NCBI GenBank assembly: GCA_039030515.1 | Contig: JBCCEA010000003.1 | Coordinates: forward strand, 32,001-96,000 | Length of the DNA stretch: 64,000 nt | Origin: Myxococcota bacterium | GTDB taxonomy: Bacteria > Myxococcota_A > Polyangia > Polyangiales > Houyiibacteriaceae | Reading direction: 5' to 3' | Shown: in pieces, positions 52,203-61,638 of the stretch | Numbering within the stretch: the first letter of the stretch is position 1 | Layout of the letters: each line of letters starts with the position of its first letter | Notes under the pieces: model-generated | The model's input: the letters and a program-made list of their open reading frames with translations, nothing else | Databases searched by the model: none | What the model was told of the DNA's origin: nothing | Translations under genes and position numbers: made by a program

Positions 52203-53666
52203 CTAGGGAGGGGTAGGGCGAAACGGGGCTTGTTCGGGCAGCATGCGGGCAAACTGGTTAAATCGTCTGCGAGTGGAGTGTTGGTATGGGACGGGTACAC
52301 CCCGGGTGATCAGCAATGCGCGCCCAAATCTCGCCACCACCCGCTCGAGGCTTGCCGTAGACCCGTCGAGCTTCGCGACGTCACGGGCCCAGCGTTCGGC
52401 GCGTTTCGCAGCGCTTTCGTTGTCCCAGGTTGTGTACCAAATCACCGCGAGAGCGCCGTCAGGGCGGTAGTAGGCACGCAATCGGTCACCAGACCACCCC
52501 TTTGCTGCCTCAAGCGCGAGATCTCCCGTGCTTCCCTGTCCAAAATAGATGGCGAGCTCGAGCTCACCGAGGGTGTCCTCATCAAGCGTGACAAATCCAG
52601 CTTCCGTGAGTTCCGGAAATTCACCGAGGATCACCTCGTCCGGTAGTTCCCCTGCGAGATACTTTTCTGGATGCAGCACTTGTTCGAAGGAGCTCGGTAG
52701 GTTTCGGTGCGCCTCGTCGATAGCTCGCCATCCTCCTTGTCGATGTAGCTCCAAGCAAAAGCGGAGGCCGTAGGTATAGGCTGCCACCAGCGTGATTCTT
52801 AGGATGGCCGGAGCCTCCTCGAGTTCTGCGCCGAGATTGGAAAAAGCTGTCTCGCGAGAGAGCATGGCGTCCAAGAGCGCAGCGCTTTGAGGGAGCATGT
52901 CGATCGCACCGCCTGCCTCGGTGATCGCGTCGGCCCACATCGCTAAGGAGGCATCGCCTTCGACGAGTCCGCGGTATGCGTGCTCTGCGTCGCTATCGCG
53001 CTCGACGCGGTGGCTCTCCGCAAGGTTGAGGTGCTGGCCCTGGAGTGCATGCACGATCTCATGTAGCAGCACGCGGTTTGCCCCCGCGATGCCGAGGTCG
53101 CTATTGTTGATTCTTCGATCACGGTCGAGCAATGGCCCGCCCCTAGACAGCGCCGCCATCACGTCGTTTCGGATCACAAGGTGGTCTTGGTCTGGATCGT
53201 AGTACCCTACTACCTGTTCGCCGAGCACCCGTTCCAAAATGCTCCGAATGTCGCTATCCGGGTCCAGTAGGCCGAGCGCAGCGTAGAGGTTCCTGGTTTT
53301 GCTGAGATCCTCCTCTTCAAGTTCGGAGGTGAGATGCTCGGTGATCGCCGTCGCGTCGTGAACCTCGACCTGAATCGGGGCCTGAAATGGAAGTGCGCGA
53401 ACACGAGATGCCCGATCGAGCAAGTTTCGAATGGCCCTGCGCTCTAGGCGCGTTATCGGACGACGTCCGCTCCGTCCGGAGGCCTCTCCTCGGACCTCGG
53501 CGCTTTGCTCGACTGTATCTGCGCTACGTCCGTTGATGTGCCGGATCGAGTTTGGGATTGGCTGAGCGCGAGGCGTTTGATCGGGCGTGGTGCATGCCGA
53601 AAGCATCATCAGCAAACCGACCACCCTGAACGAACTCAGGAGGCGTTGACCACGATTGCGCTGCAC
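52203..53666 (-). CDS. Lipoprotein with a zinc-metallopeptidase-like motif
   Basis: Lipobox MLSAC; GYYDP; HEIVHALQ plus downstream EGDA. The start is uncertain (GTG 53666); the longer ORF-track N-terminus overlaps rnj and is unlikely. Confidence 0.75.
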   Translation of the reverse strand: MQRNRGQRLLSSFRVVGLLMMLSACTTPDQTPRAQPIPNSIRHINGRSADTVEQSAEVRGEASGRSGRRPITRLERRAIRNLLDRASRVRALPFQAPIQVEVHDATAITEHLTSELEEEDLSKTRNLYAALGLLDPDSDIRSILERVLGEQVVGYYDPDQDHLVIRNDVMAALSRGGPLLDRDRRINNSDLGIAGANRVLLHEIVHALQGQHLNLAESHRVERDSDAEHAYRGLVEGDASLAMWADAITEAGGAIDMLPQSAALLDAMLSRETAFSNLGAELEEAPAILRITLVAAYTYGLRFCLELHRQGGWRAIDEAHRNLPSSFEQVLHPEKYLAGELPDEVILGEFPELTEAGFVTLDEDTLGELELAIYFGQGSTGDLALEAAKGWSGDRLRAYYRPDGALAVIWYTTWDNESAAKRAERWARDVAKLDGSTASLERVVARFGRALLITRGVPVPYQHSTRRRFNQFARMLPEQAPFRPTPP

Positions 53667-55285
53667 AGCGGCGTTTTTCCGTTTCTTTTGGCAAACCAAC
53701 GCTTGAGGGCGCGTCGGGCGGCATCCTTCAATTCCTGTTCGGACTCGAGCCCGGGCTTTCGAACCACTCGGTCTACAAAATCTCGCGCAGCTGCCCTCTG
53801 CTCTTCTGAGCCCTGTAGGTTGACCCCCCGGGTGATCACGTCGACGCACCGGTTTTGAGACGCAGCGTTGATGTGCACAGTCGCGATCGCCCATCCGAGC
53901 TCTCCCAGGAGCTGACGTTCTCGCACCACGTCCTCCGAGACGGGGTCGCCCCATTCGCGGAAGACTCGACCTGCTTCCACCGACCCTGCTTTCGAGACCG
54001 TCCCCTCTTTCAACTCGAGAACCTCCCCGTTTTCCAGCAGTTTCACGCATGGAACTCCCTCGCTGCGGGCGAGCTCTGCATGGGCTTCGAGATGCATTCG
54101 CGCTCCGTGAATCGGTACAAAGGCGCGCGGACGCATCATGCGAATGAGCTCCCGTTGCTCTTCGCGATGTGCATGTCCGCTCGCGTGAATCTCGGGATCG
54201 CTGTCTGAGTTGACGACATGAATCCCGCGCCGGGCCAAGGAGTCCCAGATTCGGAGCACCGCTGAATCATTGCCGGGGATCACACGGGATGAAAACACGA
54301 CCGTATCACCTGCCCGCAATTCGAGTTCGCGATGTGTGCCCTGACTTAGGCGTGCAATCGCCCCGCGCCGTTCTCCCTGGGTGCCTGTAGCGACGACCAG
54401 AAGATCGGAACCTTGCATTTTACGGGCCTCTTTGGCTTCTACGAGTAGGTGATGAAATCCAGGTAGAACGTTTGTTCTAACGCCGATCTCGTAGTGGTGT
54501 CTTGCCGAGCGGCCGAGAAGACAGACGTTACGTCCCAAACGAAGTGCCGCTTCGAGAATACTCCGAAGCCGATGCGCGTTGCTGGAGAATTGGCAGATCA
54601 CTACGAGTTGAGATGCGTTTTCTATGTGCCTTCGTAACGCTCTACTGACGTTTTGCTCAGGTAGGGTTCGGCCTGCAGATAGGGAATTGGTCGAATCGCT
54701 GAACAGTAGTGCAACCTCGTCTTCCCCCCGCAGACGCTGGAGACGTTCGCTGTCGAATTGCGGGCCATGGGGAGGCGCGTGGTCGATTTTAAAGTCCCCA
54801 CTGTGGACTGTCACGCCGTGGGGGGTGCGTAGGATCAAACCCGTTGCATCTGGAATCGAATGCGTGACCGAATAGCTTTCAATGACGAGTGCACCGAGTG
54901 AAAGAGGGCGTCCCGGCTGAAGCTCGGTAAGGTGCGCGCATGTTGCTTTGGAACGCGAGTCATGGAGCTTCTCGCGAATCAGCTCAAGTGCGTAGCGGGG
55001 TCCGTAGATCGGCAGGTCGAACTCTTCGAGTAGATAGGGAATCGCGCCGATATGGTCCTCGTGACCGTGGGTGACGATCAACGCGCGAAGCATCGAGCGT
55101 TGCCGAGCGAGGTAGTCAAAACAGGGATGGATCACATCTACCGAAGTCGTACAGTCCGGAAAGGTGATGCCGCAGTCGATCAAGAATGCATCGGCACCAT
55201 ACTCGACGACCATACAGTTCATGCCGATTTCGCCTAGGCCCCCAAGGGGTACGAAGCGGACGTGCTCGCTCACAAGGAAATCCAT
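53636..55285 (-). CDS. rnj: Ribonuclease J
   Basis: PLGGLGEIGMN, THGHEDHIG, THSIPD, HSGDFK, DSTN, HASGHA, PIHG. Confidence 0.94.
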   Translation of the reverse strand: MDFLVSEHVRFVPLGGLGEIGMNCMVVEYGADAFLIDCGITFPDCTTSVDVIHPCFDYLARQRSMLRALIVTHGHEDHIGAIPYLLEEFDLPIYGPRYALELIREKLHDSRSKATCAHLTELQPGRPLSLGALVIESYSVTHSIPDATGLILRTPHGVTVHSGDFKIDHAPPHGPQFDSERLQRLRGEDEVALLFSDSTNSLSAGRTLPEQNVSRALRRHIENASQLVVICQFSSNAHRLRSILEAALRLGRNVCLLGRSARHHYEIGVRTNVLPGFHHLLVEAKEARKMQGSDLLVVATGTQGERRGAIARLSQGTHRELELRAGDTVVFSSRVIPGNDSAVLRIWDSLARRGIHVVNSDSDPEIHASGHAHREEQRELIRMMRPRAFVPIHGARMHLEAHAELARSEGVPCVKLLENGEVLELKEGTVSKAGSVEAGRVFREWGDPVSEDVVRERQLLGELGWAIATVHINAASQNRCVDVITRGVNLQGSEEQRAAARDFVDRVVRKPGLESEQELKDAARRALKRWFAKRNGKTPLCSAIVVNAS

Positions 55286-55414
55286 AGCATGTCTTCGCGA
55301 CACCGAGTCCTAGCCTGCGAGAGGCGTGAGGGGTCTTCGCGTTGACCGGTCGAACCGCCGCGTGTTACGTCGAGCGCCGCGCGGCTAGGGACCGCGGGAA
55401 GTTGAGTGTTCACA

Positions 55415-57367
55415 ATGCATCGGTTTACGCAGCTTGTCGTTGTCGCCGGTATCGTCTTCTGGATTCCGAGATTTGCAGCGGCGCAAGTAGAACAGGATGC
55501 ATGGGACGAGGGAACACCTCAACTGCGCGCTCCTGAAATCGAACCTTTGGATATGGAGCCCCCGCGCGTCGAGCTCCCGGAAGTCGCGCCTCCGGAAGTT
55601 TCCGCGGCGCCTGTAGAGCCTCTCGACTCAGCAGATGAAGAAACGACAAGCCTGTTTGATGAGGCGGTTCAGAGCCCCGAACAGGTAGCGCCCCCTGCCG
55701 ATCCCACGCGACCCTGGACAGCTCCTGAGACGGTGCTCAGTTTGCACGGTTACTTCCGGGTTCGGGGTGAAATGTGGAACAGCCATGCACTCGGACGGGA
55801 TGTGTCCGACCCCAGCGAGGATGATCTGCCTTTCAGCGCCTTCGTGCCCATCGACAGCCGAGCACGGCCTGCTGGTGGATGTAGCGGATCCGATGTCGAC
55901 TCGGCTTGCGGCGGCAACGGTCGCATTCGTTTTGCAAATATGCGACTTCGCCTCGCACCGACGCTTTCGCTTTCGGACGATGTGCACGTGCACATGATGT
56001 TCGACGTGCTCGACAACGTGGTGCTGGGGTCCACTCCCGATAGCGAAGTCTGGGTGGCTGACCCGGGTGGGGGCTTTAGCCGATCGACGTCGACCACCGG
56101 AGTGCCGGTGGATTCCTACGCGACCACGATCAACCCGCCGCAAGCGTACCGAAACAGCCTCCAGGACAGCATCGTGGCGCGCCGCGCTTGGGGCCAGGTT
56201 CGGAACCGAGACCTCGGCGAACTTCGATTTGGTCGCATGGCTTCCCACTGGGGTCTCGGCATATTCCAAAATGCTGGGGAGGGGATCGATGCGGATTACT
56301 CCACCGACATGGATCGAGTGATGGGCATCACCAACCTCGGGGGATTTTACATCGGAGCTGCATGGGACTTTGCATCCGAGGGACTGATCAACTGGAGCCA
56401 GTCCACCGCAAATCGTGAAGACGGTCTTCTTATCGCCGACTCTCGCGAGGGGGCGTGGGACGCGACGAACGAGGACGACCTCAGACAGTACACGTTTTTC
56501 GTGGCGCGACGCATGGATGAGGACGAACAGAAAGACCGGCTCAGAGGCGGAGGCTGGGTCCTCAACGGCGGCCTGTACTTTATGATGCGGCGTCAGTTTC
56601 TATCGTCGATCGGGGTGAGCGATCCCTTGTCGGATCGCGATACTTCTCAAGATCTGCTTACCCGGCGAAAAGCAAAGGCTTTTGTACCCGACCTTTGGGC
56701 ACAATTTCTCTGGGGAGGACTGAGACTCGAGCTTGAGGCCGCCTTGGTCAGCGGTACCTTGCAGAACAGTGAAACGAACAACTTCGATGACGACGACTAC
56801 CGAATCTTGCAGTTCGGTTTGGCTTTTGAGGCCGAGTATCGATTGCTGGACGACAAGCTCGGAATTGCGCTTCACACGGGCTATGCGACCGGTGATGCTG
56901 ACGTCGATGGGCTGAGCTCCCGGGAGGACACGGTCACACAGCAGAACGCGGACACGCGTCTGACCACATTTGCGTTCCACCCGGCTTATCAAATCGACAT
57001 GATCCTCTGGCGCAGAATTATGGGGCGATTCGCCGGTGCCTACTACCTGAAGCCTTCGATCAGCTACGACATTTTGCGAAACGTACACGGGCGTTTGCTC
57101 GGGTTCCGCACCGCACTCATTTACAGCCGAGCCGCGCAAGAAGTACAGACGTACGGCTCCGATCCACACTTGGGTATCGAGCTCAACGCGGCGCTGTACT
57201 ACCGCAGCGAAAGTGGACCGTCCTTCTACGATGGTTTCGTGGCGGAGTTCCAGTACGGGGTTCTCTTTCCGGGACCGGGACTTGGATATCCCTCGACCTC
57301 CAATGTCGAAGATCAGTCGCTGTCGAACGCCCAAGCGTTGCGGCTGATCCTGGGCATCGAATTCTAA
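55415..57367 (+). CDS. TIGR04551-like outer-membrane beta-barrel protein
   Basis: Signal peptide; Pro/Glu linker; LHGYFRVR, ANMRLRLAP, GELRFGRMASHWGLG; C-terminal Phe (GIEF). Confidence 0.8.
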   Translation: MHRFTQLVVVAGIVFWIPRFAAAQVEQDAWDEGTPQLRAPEIEPLDMEPPRVELPEVAPPEVSAAPVEPLDSADEETTSLFDEAVQSPEQVAPPADPTRPWTAPETVLSLHGYFRVRGEMWNSHALGRDVSDPSEDDLPFSAFVPIDSRARPAGGCSGSDVDSACGGNGRIRFANMRLRLAPTLSLSDDVHVHMMFDVLDNVVLGSTPDSEVWVADPGGGFSRSTSTTGVPVDSYATTINPPQAYRNSLQDSIVARRAWGQVRNRDLGELRFGRMASHWGLGIFQNAGEGIDADYSTDMDRVMGITNLGGFYIGAAWDFASEGLINWSQSTANREDGLLIADSREGAWDATNEDDLRQYTFFVARRMDEDEQKDRLRGGGWVLNGGLYFMMRRQFLSSIGVSDPLSDRDTSQDLLTRRKAKAFVPDLWAQFLWGGLRLELEAALVSGTLQNSETNNFDDDDYRILQFGLAFEAEYRLLDDKLGIALHTGYATGDADVDGLSSREDTVTQQNADTRLTTFAFHPAYQIDMILWRRIMGRFAGAYYLKPSISYDILRNVHGRLLGFRTALIYSRAAQEVQTYGSDPHLGIELNAALYYRSESGPSFYDGFVAEFQYGVLFPGPGLGYPSTSNVEDQSLSNAQALRLILGIEF

Positions 57368-57432
57368 CGTTCCAGGTTTCCGAGTCTTCGAAGGTCCAAG
57401 CAACATACCGAGTTTGGGTTCGATAAGAGCAT

Positions 57433-58803
57433 ATGGCCAAGGCGAAGACGGTTTACGTGTGTCAGCAGTGCGGCTCTGTGCGATCCCGATGGATGGGTCG
57501 ATGTACCGACTGTGGCGAATGGAATACGTTTGTAGAGGAGCGTGCCGACTCCTCGGAAGTGTCTCCAGCAGCTCCCGCATCCACTCGGAATCGCCCGGTC
57601 CGTCTCGGAGATGTTTGCGCTGAAGATGCGCGTCGCTTGCCCTCCGGCGTTGCCGAGTTTGATCGCGCGGTTGGAGGCGGGCTGGTGGTCGGAGGGGTGG
57701 TGCTTCTTGGCGGTGAACCCGGGATCGGTAAGTCCACACTTACTATGCAGGTTCTTTCAGGGTTGGCCGCACAAGGACGCAGTGTGCTGTACGTGACCGG
57801 GGAGGAGTCGGCGTCTCAGGTTGCCATGCGTGCGGATCGGATCGGCGGAGAGGGCGCCCAAGAGATCGCTATTTTGGCGACGACTCAGCTCGAAGACGTG
57901 GAGACCTCCTGGTCTGAGCATCGGCCGGAGGTCGTCGTCATCGACTCTGTGCAGACGTTGCGTAGCCACGATCTCAGTTCCACGGCAGGAAGCGTTGCAC
58001 AGGTTCGAGAGGTGGCTGCTCGATTGACCGAACGTGCCAAGGTGGACTCCATCTCCATGGTGCTCATCGGTCACGTCACTAAGGAAGGCTCTCTTGCGGG
58101 CCCTAAAGTGCTCGAGCATTTGGTGGATACGGTGCTTTCTTTTGAAGGCGACCGTACCCATGCGTTTCGTATGGTGCGCGCGGTCAAGAATCGATTTGGG
58201 CCGGCCCATGAAACAGGGGTGTTCGAGATGCTTTCGGAGGGACTCAGGGACGTTCCGGATCCGAGTGCGATGCTGCTGTCTGAGAGGCCTGTCGACGCAA
58301 GCGGCTCGGTTGTGGTTCCAACCACTGAGGGATCTCGCTGCTTCTTGGTTGAAGTGCAGGCATTGGTGGCTCCCTCTCGTCTCGGGGCGTCGCGTCGCGT
58401 TGCCTCCGGTCTCGACGCCAGCCGAATGGCGATTCTGCTCGCGGTCATCGAGAGAAAAGCGGAGATTCAGGTGCTGGACCAGGACGTCTTTGCATCGCTC
58501 ACCGGTGGAATTCGTCTCGGGGAGCGAGGGCTCGACCTAGGATTGGCCATCGCGGTGGTGTCGAGCTTTCGGGATCGAGCACTTCCGCCTAATTGGGCGG
58601 TCTTTGGTGAGGTAGGTCTTGCAGGTGAGGTTCGAGCGGTTGCTCATCCGGAGCGACGCATCGCCGAAACCGCCAAACTCGGATTCTCCAACGTGATCTT
58701 GCCAAAAGCGACTGCGGAGCGTCTCGGTGATGCGCCCCCGGGTCTACGCCTTCATCCGGTAGCGGGACTTTCCGAGGCGTTCGAAACCGCCTTCCACTCC
58801 TGA
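57433..58803 (+). CDS. radA: DNA repair protein RadA/Sms
   Basis: C4 zinc finger, GEPGIGKST, KNRFG, Lon-like C-terminal domain. Confidence 0.97.
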   Translation: MAKAKTVYVCQQCGSVRSRWMGRCTDCGEWNTFVEERADSSEVSPAAPASTRNRPVRLGDVCAEDARRLPSGVAEFDRAVGGGLVVGGVVLLGGEPGIGKSTLTMQVLSGLAAQGRSVLYVTGEESASQVAMRADRIGGEGAQEIAILATTQLEDVETSWSEHRPEVVVIDSVQTLRSHDLSSTAGSVAQVREVAARLTERAKVDSISMVLIGHVTKEGSLAGPKVLEHLVDTVLSFEGDRTHAFRMVRAVKNRFGPAHETGVFEMLSEGLRDVPDPSAMLLSERPVDASGSVVVPTTEGSRCFLVEVQALVAPSRLGASRRVASGLDASRMAILLAVIERKAEIQVLDQDVFASLTGGIRLGERGLDLGLAIAVVSSFRDRALPPNWAVFGEVGLAGEVRAVAHPERRIAETAKLGFSNVILPKATAERLGDAPPGLRLHPVAGLSEAFETAFHS

Positions 58804-58822
58804 GTACGAAGAGAAGCGCTTC

Positions 58823-58900
58823 TCTACCTTAATGCGCATCGATTCTACCTTAATGCGCATCGATTCTACCTTAATGCGCATCGATTCTACCTTAATGCGC
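58823..58900. repeat. 21-bp tandem repeat, TCTACCTTAATGCGCATCGAT x3.7
   Basis: Three perfect units plus 15 nt, between radA and the convergent gene. Confidence 0.95.
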
Positions 58901-60880
58901 GTCAGTCGACCGTGCAGTGGTCTCACCGGGCGGTTCCGGCAACCGACCATAGCGATACGGGTAGTGCTCCATGGGTTGCTCGGGAGTTTGTCTGCGTGCG
59001 TCCATCGGCGTGAGCAGAGGAGTGCGTGGAGCTCCTCTTCGGGCTTTCGCACATTCGGCCTCGGTCAGGCGTTTTGGGCCTCGAATGCTTGCGGCGTTCG
59101 AGTTGCTGTCCATGAGGAGCCAAGGTCGATCGGGCCCGTAGTTGTCGGGATGCCATCCGCTATCGAGCAGCACATGGCCGATTTCGTGGGCCTGGGTGTA
59201 CGCAGACCGCTGTCGTTCGATACCGAGGCGATCCAGGATCACCGCGTTGATGAGATCGTTTCGATCCGATTCCAGAAAAGCTTCGCCCTGCCGTGTTCCC
59301 CCGGTAAATCGGTTGATGAGGATCACATCGATCGTGGATGGATCGTGGTCGGCGATGCCTCGGATCAAAGCGCGCTCTTCCGCTGTTCCGACTCCGGCGG
59401 TTCGATTGTCAAATTCCGAGAGCCCATCGCGCAGGTCTACCTTTGTGAGGGAGACGCGCTGCTGTGAATCGGTGGACGCATTCAGGTGTCCGAGTGTGGT
59501 CACGGTTGCCGGACTTCCATCCGGTCGGTAGACCTGCACATCTGCAGAGCCTGATGCCCCGAAGGAGGTTGGCGGGTTTCTAAAAGTAGAGGTGCGATAC
59601 CCCTGGACTTCGATCGCGGCTGCAATCTGAAGCGCGGTTTCTAAAGGACGTGCGAAGGGCGCGGTCGGTACCGGCCCGAGGGCGACGTCATCGATCATGA
59701 GCTGAACCGAACCGTCTCCGCGTGCCCAGAGCCCATCTCCTTCAGCCACCGTAAGCAGTGTCAAGGCGGGTTCCGGCGCGATGAGGACCTCTGCCTCACT
59801 CGGCGGCCCAAACGATATCGAGCACTGCAGCCAGATTTCGTTTGCGATCGAGATCTGTGAGCGCCCTATTTCGAGTGCCGTCGCAACGGAGCTGCCCACC
59901 ACCGGCGTGTTCGCGTCGCGTCTTTTCAGAATCACGACCCGCAGATGTGCTCGGCGGGCGGCCAAGGGGCCCGATTCGTCTCCCGGTCTGCCGACGCGAA
60001 GGCTTTGCTTGGCCGTGCCGTACGATGCGGTGACTTTATCTCGCAGCCGCACGCGAAGTAGTTGGTCGGGCACGCCCTCGCTTGTTCGGTCGAGTGAGTC
60101 GCCCACCAAACGCAGCCAATTGGAACGAAAACGCGGGGTTTCTGGCACCCTGAAGAGTCGAACGCGGTCTATTGTATCGCGCAGGATAGGAGGCATGCCC
60201 ACAGCCGAACTGGAAAACACAACCTCAGCTACCTCCTCTATGCGCAAGGGATCGACCACCTCGATTTGAAGACTGCGACGGTCCGGTGCGCTCGGCTCCG
60301 TCATCCCTTGCCGAGGTAGGGTGGGGCCGTTGGGCAAGTCGAGGGAAACCGAGAGCGCTTGGTGGGTGGCCTCCAGTGGGGCGCCGTGGTGGTTCAAAAA
60401 ACGCACTTCCACGACGCGTACGCGGATGCGTTCCTCTCGCACCTGGTTTGTGAGGATGACTTCGGCTGCGCCAAGCTGAAGCCCCTGGATATGGACCATT
60501 TGATCTAGCGCGTCTGACCTGAAGGTTTCGACGGGATGGCCTAGGTGAACCAGCCGCACTCCTCCCGACACCCGCACCGAGGTGTGGGGGGCAACCCTCA
60601 ATTCGGTGAGATCCTCTATCGGAATGTTCTGATCCTGTAGTGCATCGAACTGGCCGTCCTCGTTGTCGTCGTCTGCGTCGAGCACGACGACCAGCTCAGG
60701 CCTACTCAGCCGCTGGTCTTCCGGTGGTGTCGCACCTTCGGCGCGTACACCGAGCACCGTTGTAAACGTGATGACCAGTGAAACCCAGCCCAAAGTGATG
60801 CGTACAAGGGCGGTGTTGCAAAGAATGAAACGGCTCGATCCGCTCAACTTTGCGGCGTGATTCGGAGGAGCTAGAGCCAT
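58892..60880 (-). CDS. Secreted protein with a C-terminal zinc-metalloprotease motif
   Basis: N-terminal hydrophobic segment; DADDDNEDG acidic motif; AHEIGHVLLDSGWH followed by LLM. Confidence 0.75.
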   Translation of the reverse strand: MALAPPNHAAKLSGSSRFILCNTALVRITLGWVSLVITFTTVLGVRAEGATPPEDQRLSRPELVVVLDADDDNEDGQFDALQDQNIPIEDLTELRVAPHTSVRVSGGVRLVHLGHPVETFRSDALDQMVHIQGLQLGAAEVILTNQVREERIRVRVVEVRFLNHHGAPLEATHQALSVSLDLPNGPTLPRQGMTEPSAPDRRSLQIEVVDPLRIEEVAEVVFSSSAVGMPPILRDTIDRVRLFRVPETPRFRSNWLRLVGDSLDRTSEGVPDQLLRVRLRDKVTASYGTAKQSLRVGRPGDESGPLAARRAHLRVVILKRRDANTPVVGSSVATALEIGRSQISIANEIWLQCSISFGPPSEAEVLIAPEPALTLLTVAEGDGLWARGDGSVQLMIDDVALGPVPTAPFARPLETALQIAAAIEVQGYRTSTFRNPPTSFGASGSADVQVYRPDGSPATVTTLGHLNASTDSQQRVSLTKVDLRDGLSEFDNRTAGVGTAEERALIRGIADHDPSTIDVILINRFTGGTRQGEAFLESDRNDLINAVILDRLGIERQRSAYTQAHEIGHVLLDSGWHPDNYGPDRPWLLMDSNSNAASIRGPKRLTEAECAKARRGAPRTPLLTPMDARRQTPEQPMEHYPYRYGRLPEPPGETTARSTDAH

Positions 60881-60904
60881 CCAACTAGGGCCATCGATGT
60901 TGGA

Positions 60905-61516
60905 TCAGCGGAGAAGCCGCTCTGCGTGTTTGGCCATACGCTGTCGCCGGCAACCCTCCGCATGAACTACGCCGCAAAGTTGAGCGGCGGCTCGATCCAG
61001 TTCGTCGTTGACGATGACGTAGTCAAAAAACGGGTAGTGCTCGATCTCGATCTTCGCCTTTTCAAAACGACGCCGGATCGCGTCCTCGTCCTCAGAAGCA
61101 CGTCCTCGGAGCCTTCTTTCGAGTTCTTCCATCGACGGCGGGAGGATAAAGATTCCGACTGCCCAGGGAAAGCTCGACCGGATTTGCCGTGCTCCTTGAT
61201 AGTCGACATCGAATACGATTCCCGATCTCTTGTTCTTTCGGGCGCGGTCGAGCTCCGATAGGCTGGTGCCGTACAGATTGCCGTGGACCTCAGCCCATTC
61301 GGCGAAGTCGCCACCCGCGATCCTCGCTTCGAACGTTGTTCGATCGACAAAGTGATAGTCTCTCCCATCCACCTCTTGCGCTCTCCTTTTTCGGGTGGTG
61401 TGGGAGACCGAGAAATCGAGAAGTGGAAATTGCTGAAGCAGACGGCGAGTGAGTGTGGTTTTTCCCGCTCCAGAAGGGGAGCTGATGATGAGCAGCAGCA
61501 GTTCCTCAGGCGTCAC
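60905..61516 (-). CDS. gmk: Guanylate kinase
   Basis: SSPSGAGKTT, SVSHTTR, DGRDYHF, AEVHGNLYGT, DVDYQGA; GTG start at 61516. Confidence 0.96.
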   Translation of the reverse strand: MTPEELLLLIISSPSGAGKTTLTRRLLQQFPLLDFSVSHTTRKRRAQEVDGRDYHFVDRTTFEARIAGGDFAEWAEVHGNLYGTSLSELDRARKNKRSGIVFDVDYQGARQIRSSFPWAVGIFILPPSMEELERRLRGRASEDEDAIRRRFEKAKIEIEHYPFFDYVIVNDELDRAAAQLCGVVHAEGCRRQRMAKHAERLLR

Positions 61517-61638
61517 CGCGCGACAATAACAGTGACTCGCTTGATGTCCATCGGGATCGCAGCCTAGGGGATGATCGGCACTAATTGAACGCACCGTGCT
61601 AAAGCGCGAACCGCGGTGCGATGAAGCTCGCCCTGCAG

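Noticed and set aside
56600..57739. 379-aa minus-strand ORF
   Set aside because: Antisense to the TIGR04551-like gene and radA; no recognisable features.
58823..58900. The 21-bp repeats as a CRISPR array
   Set aside because: The units are head-to-tail with no spacers and derive from the adjacent gene end.
58832..59467. ORF starting with (MRIDSTL)x3
   Set aside because: A product of the 21-bp tandem repeat read antisense to the metalloprotease gene.
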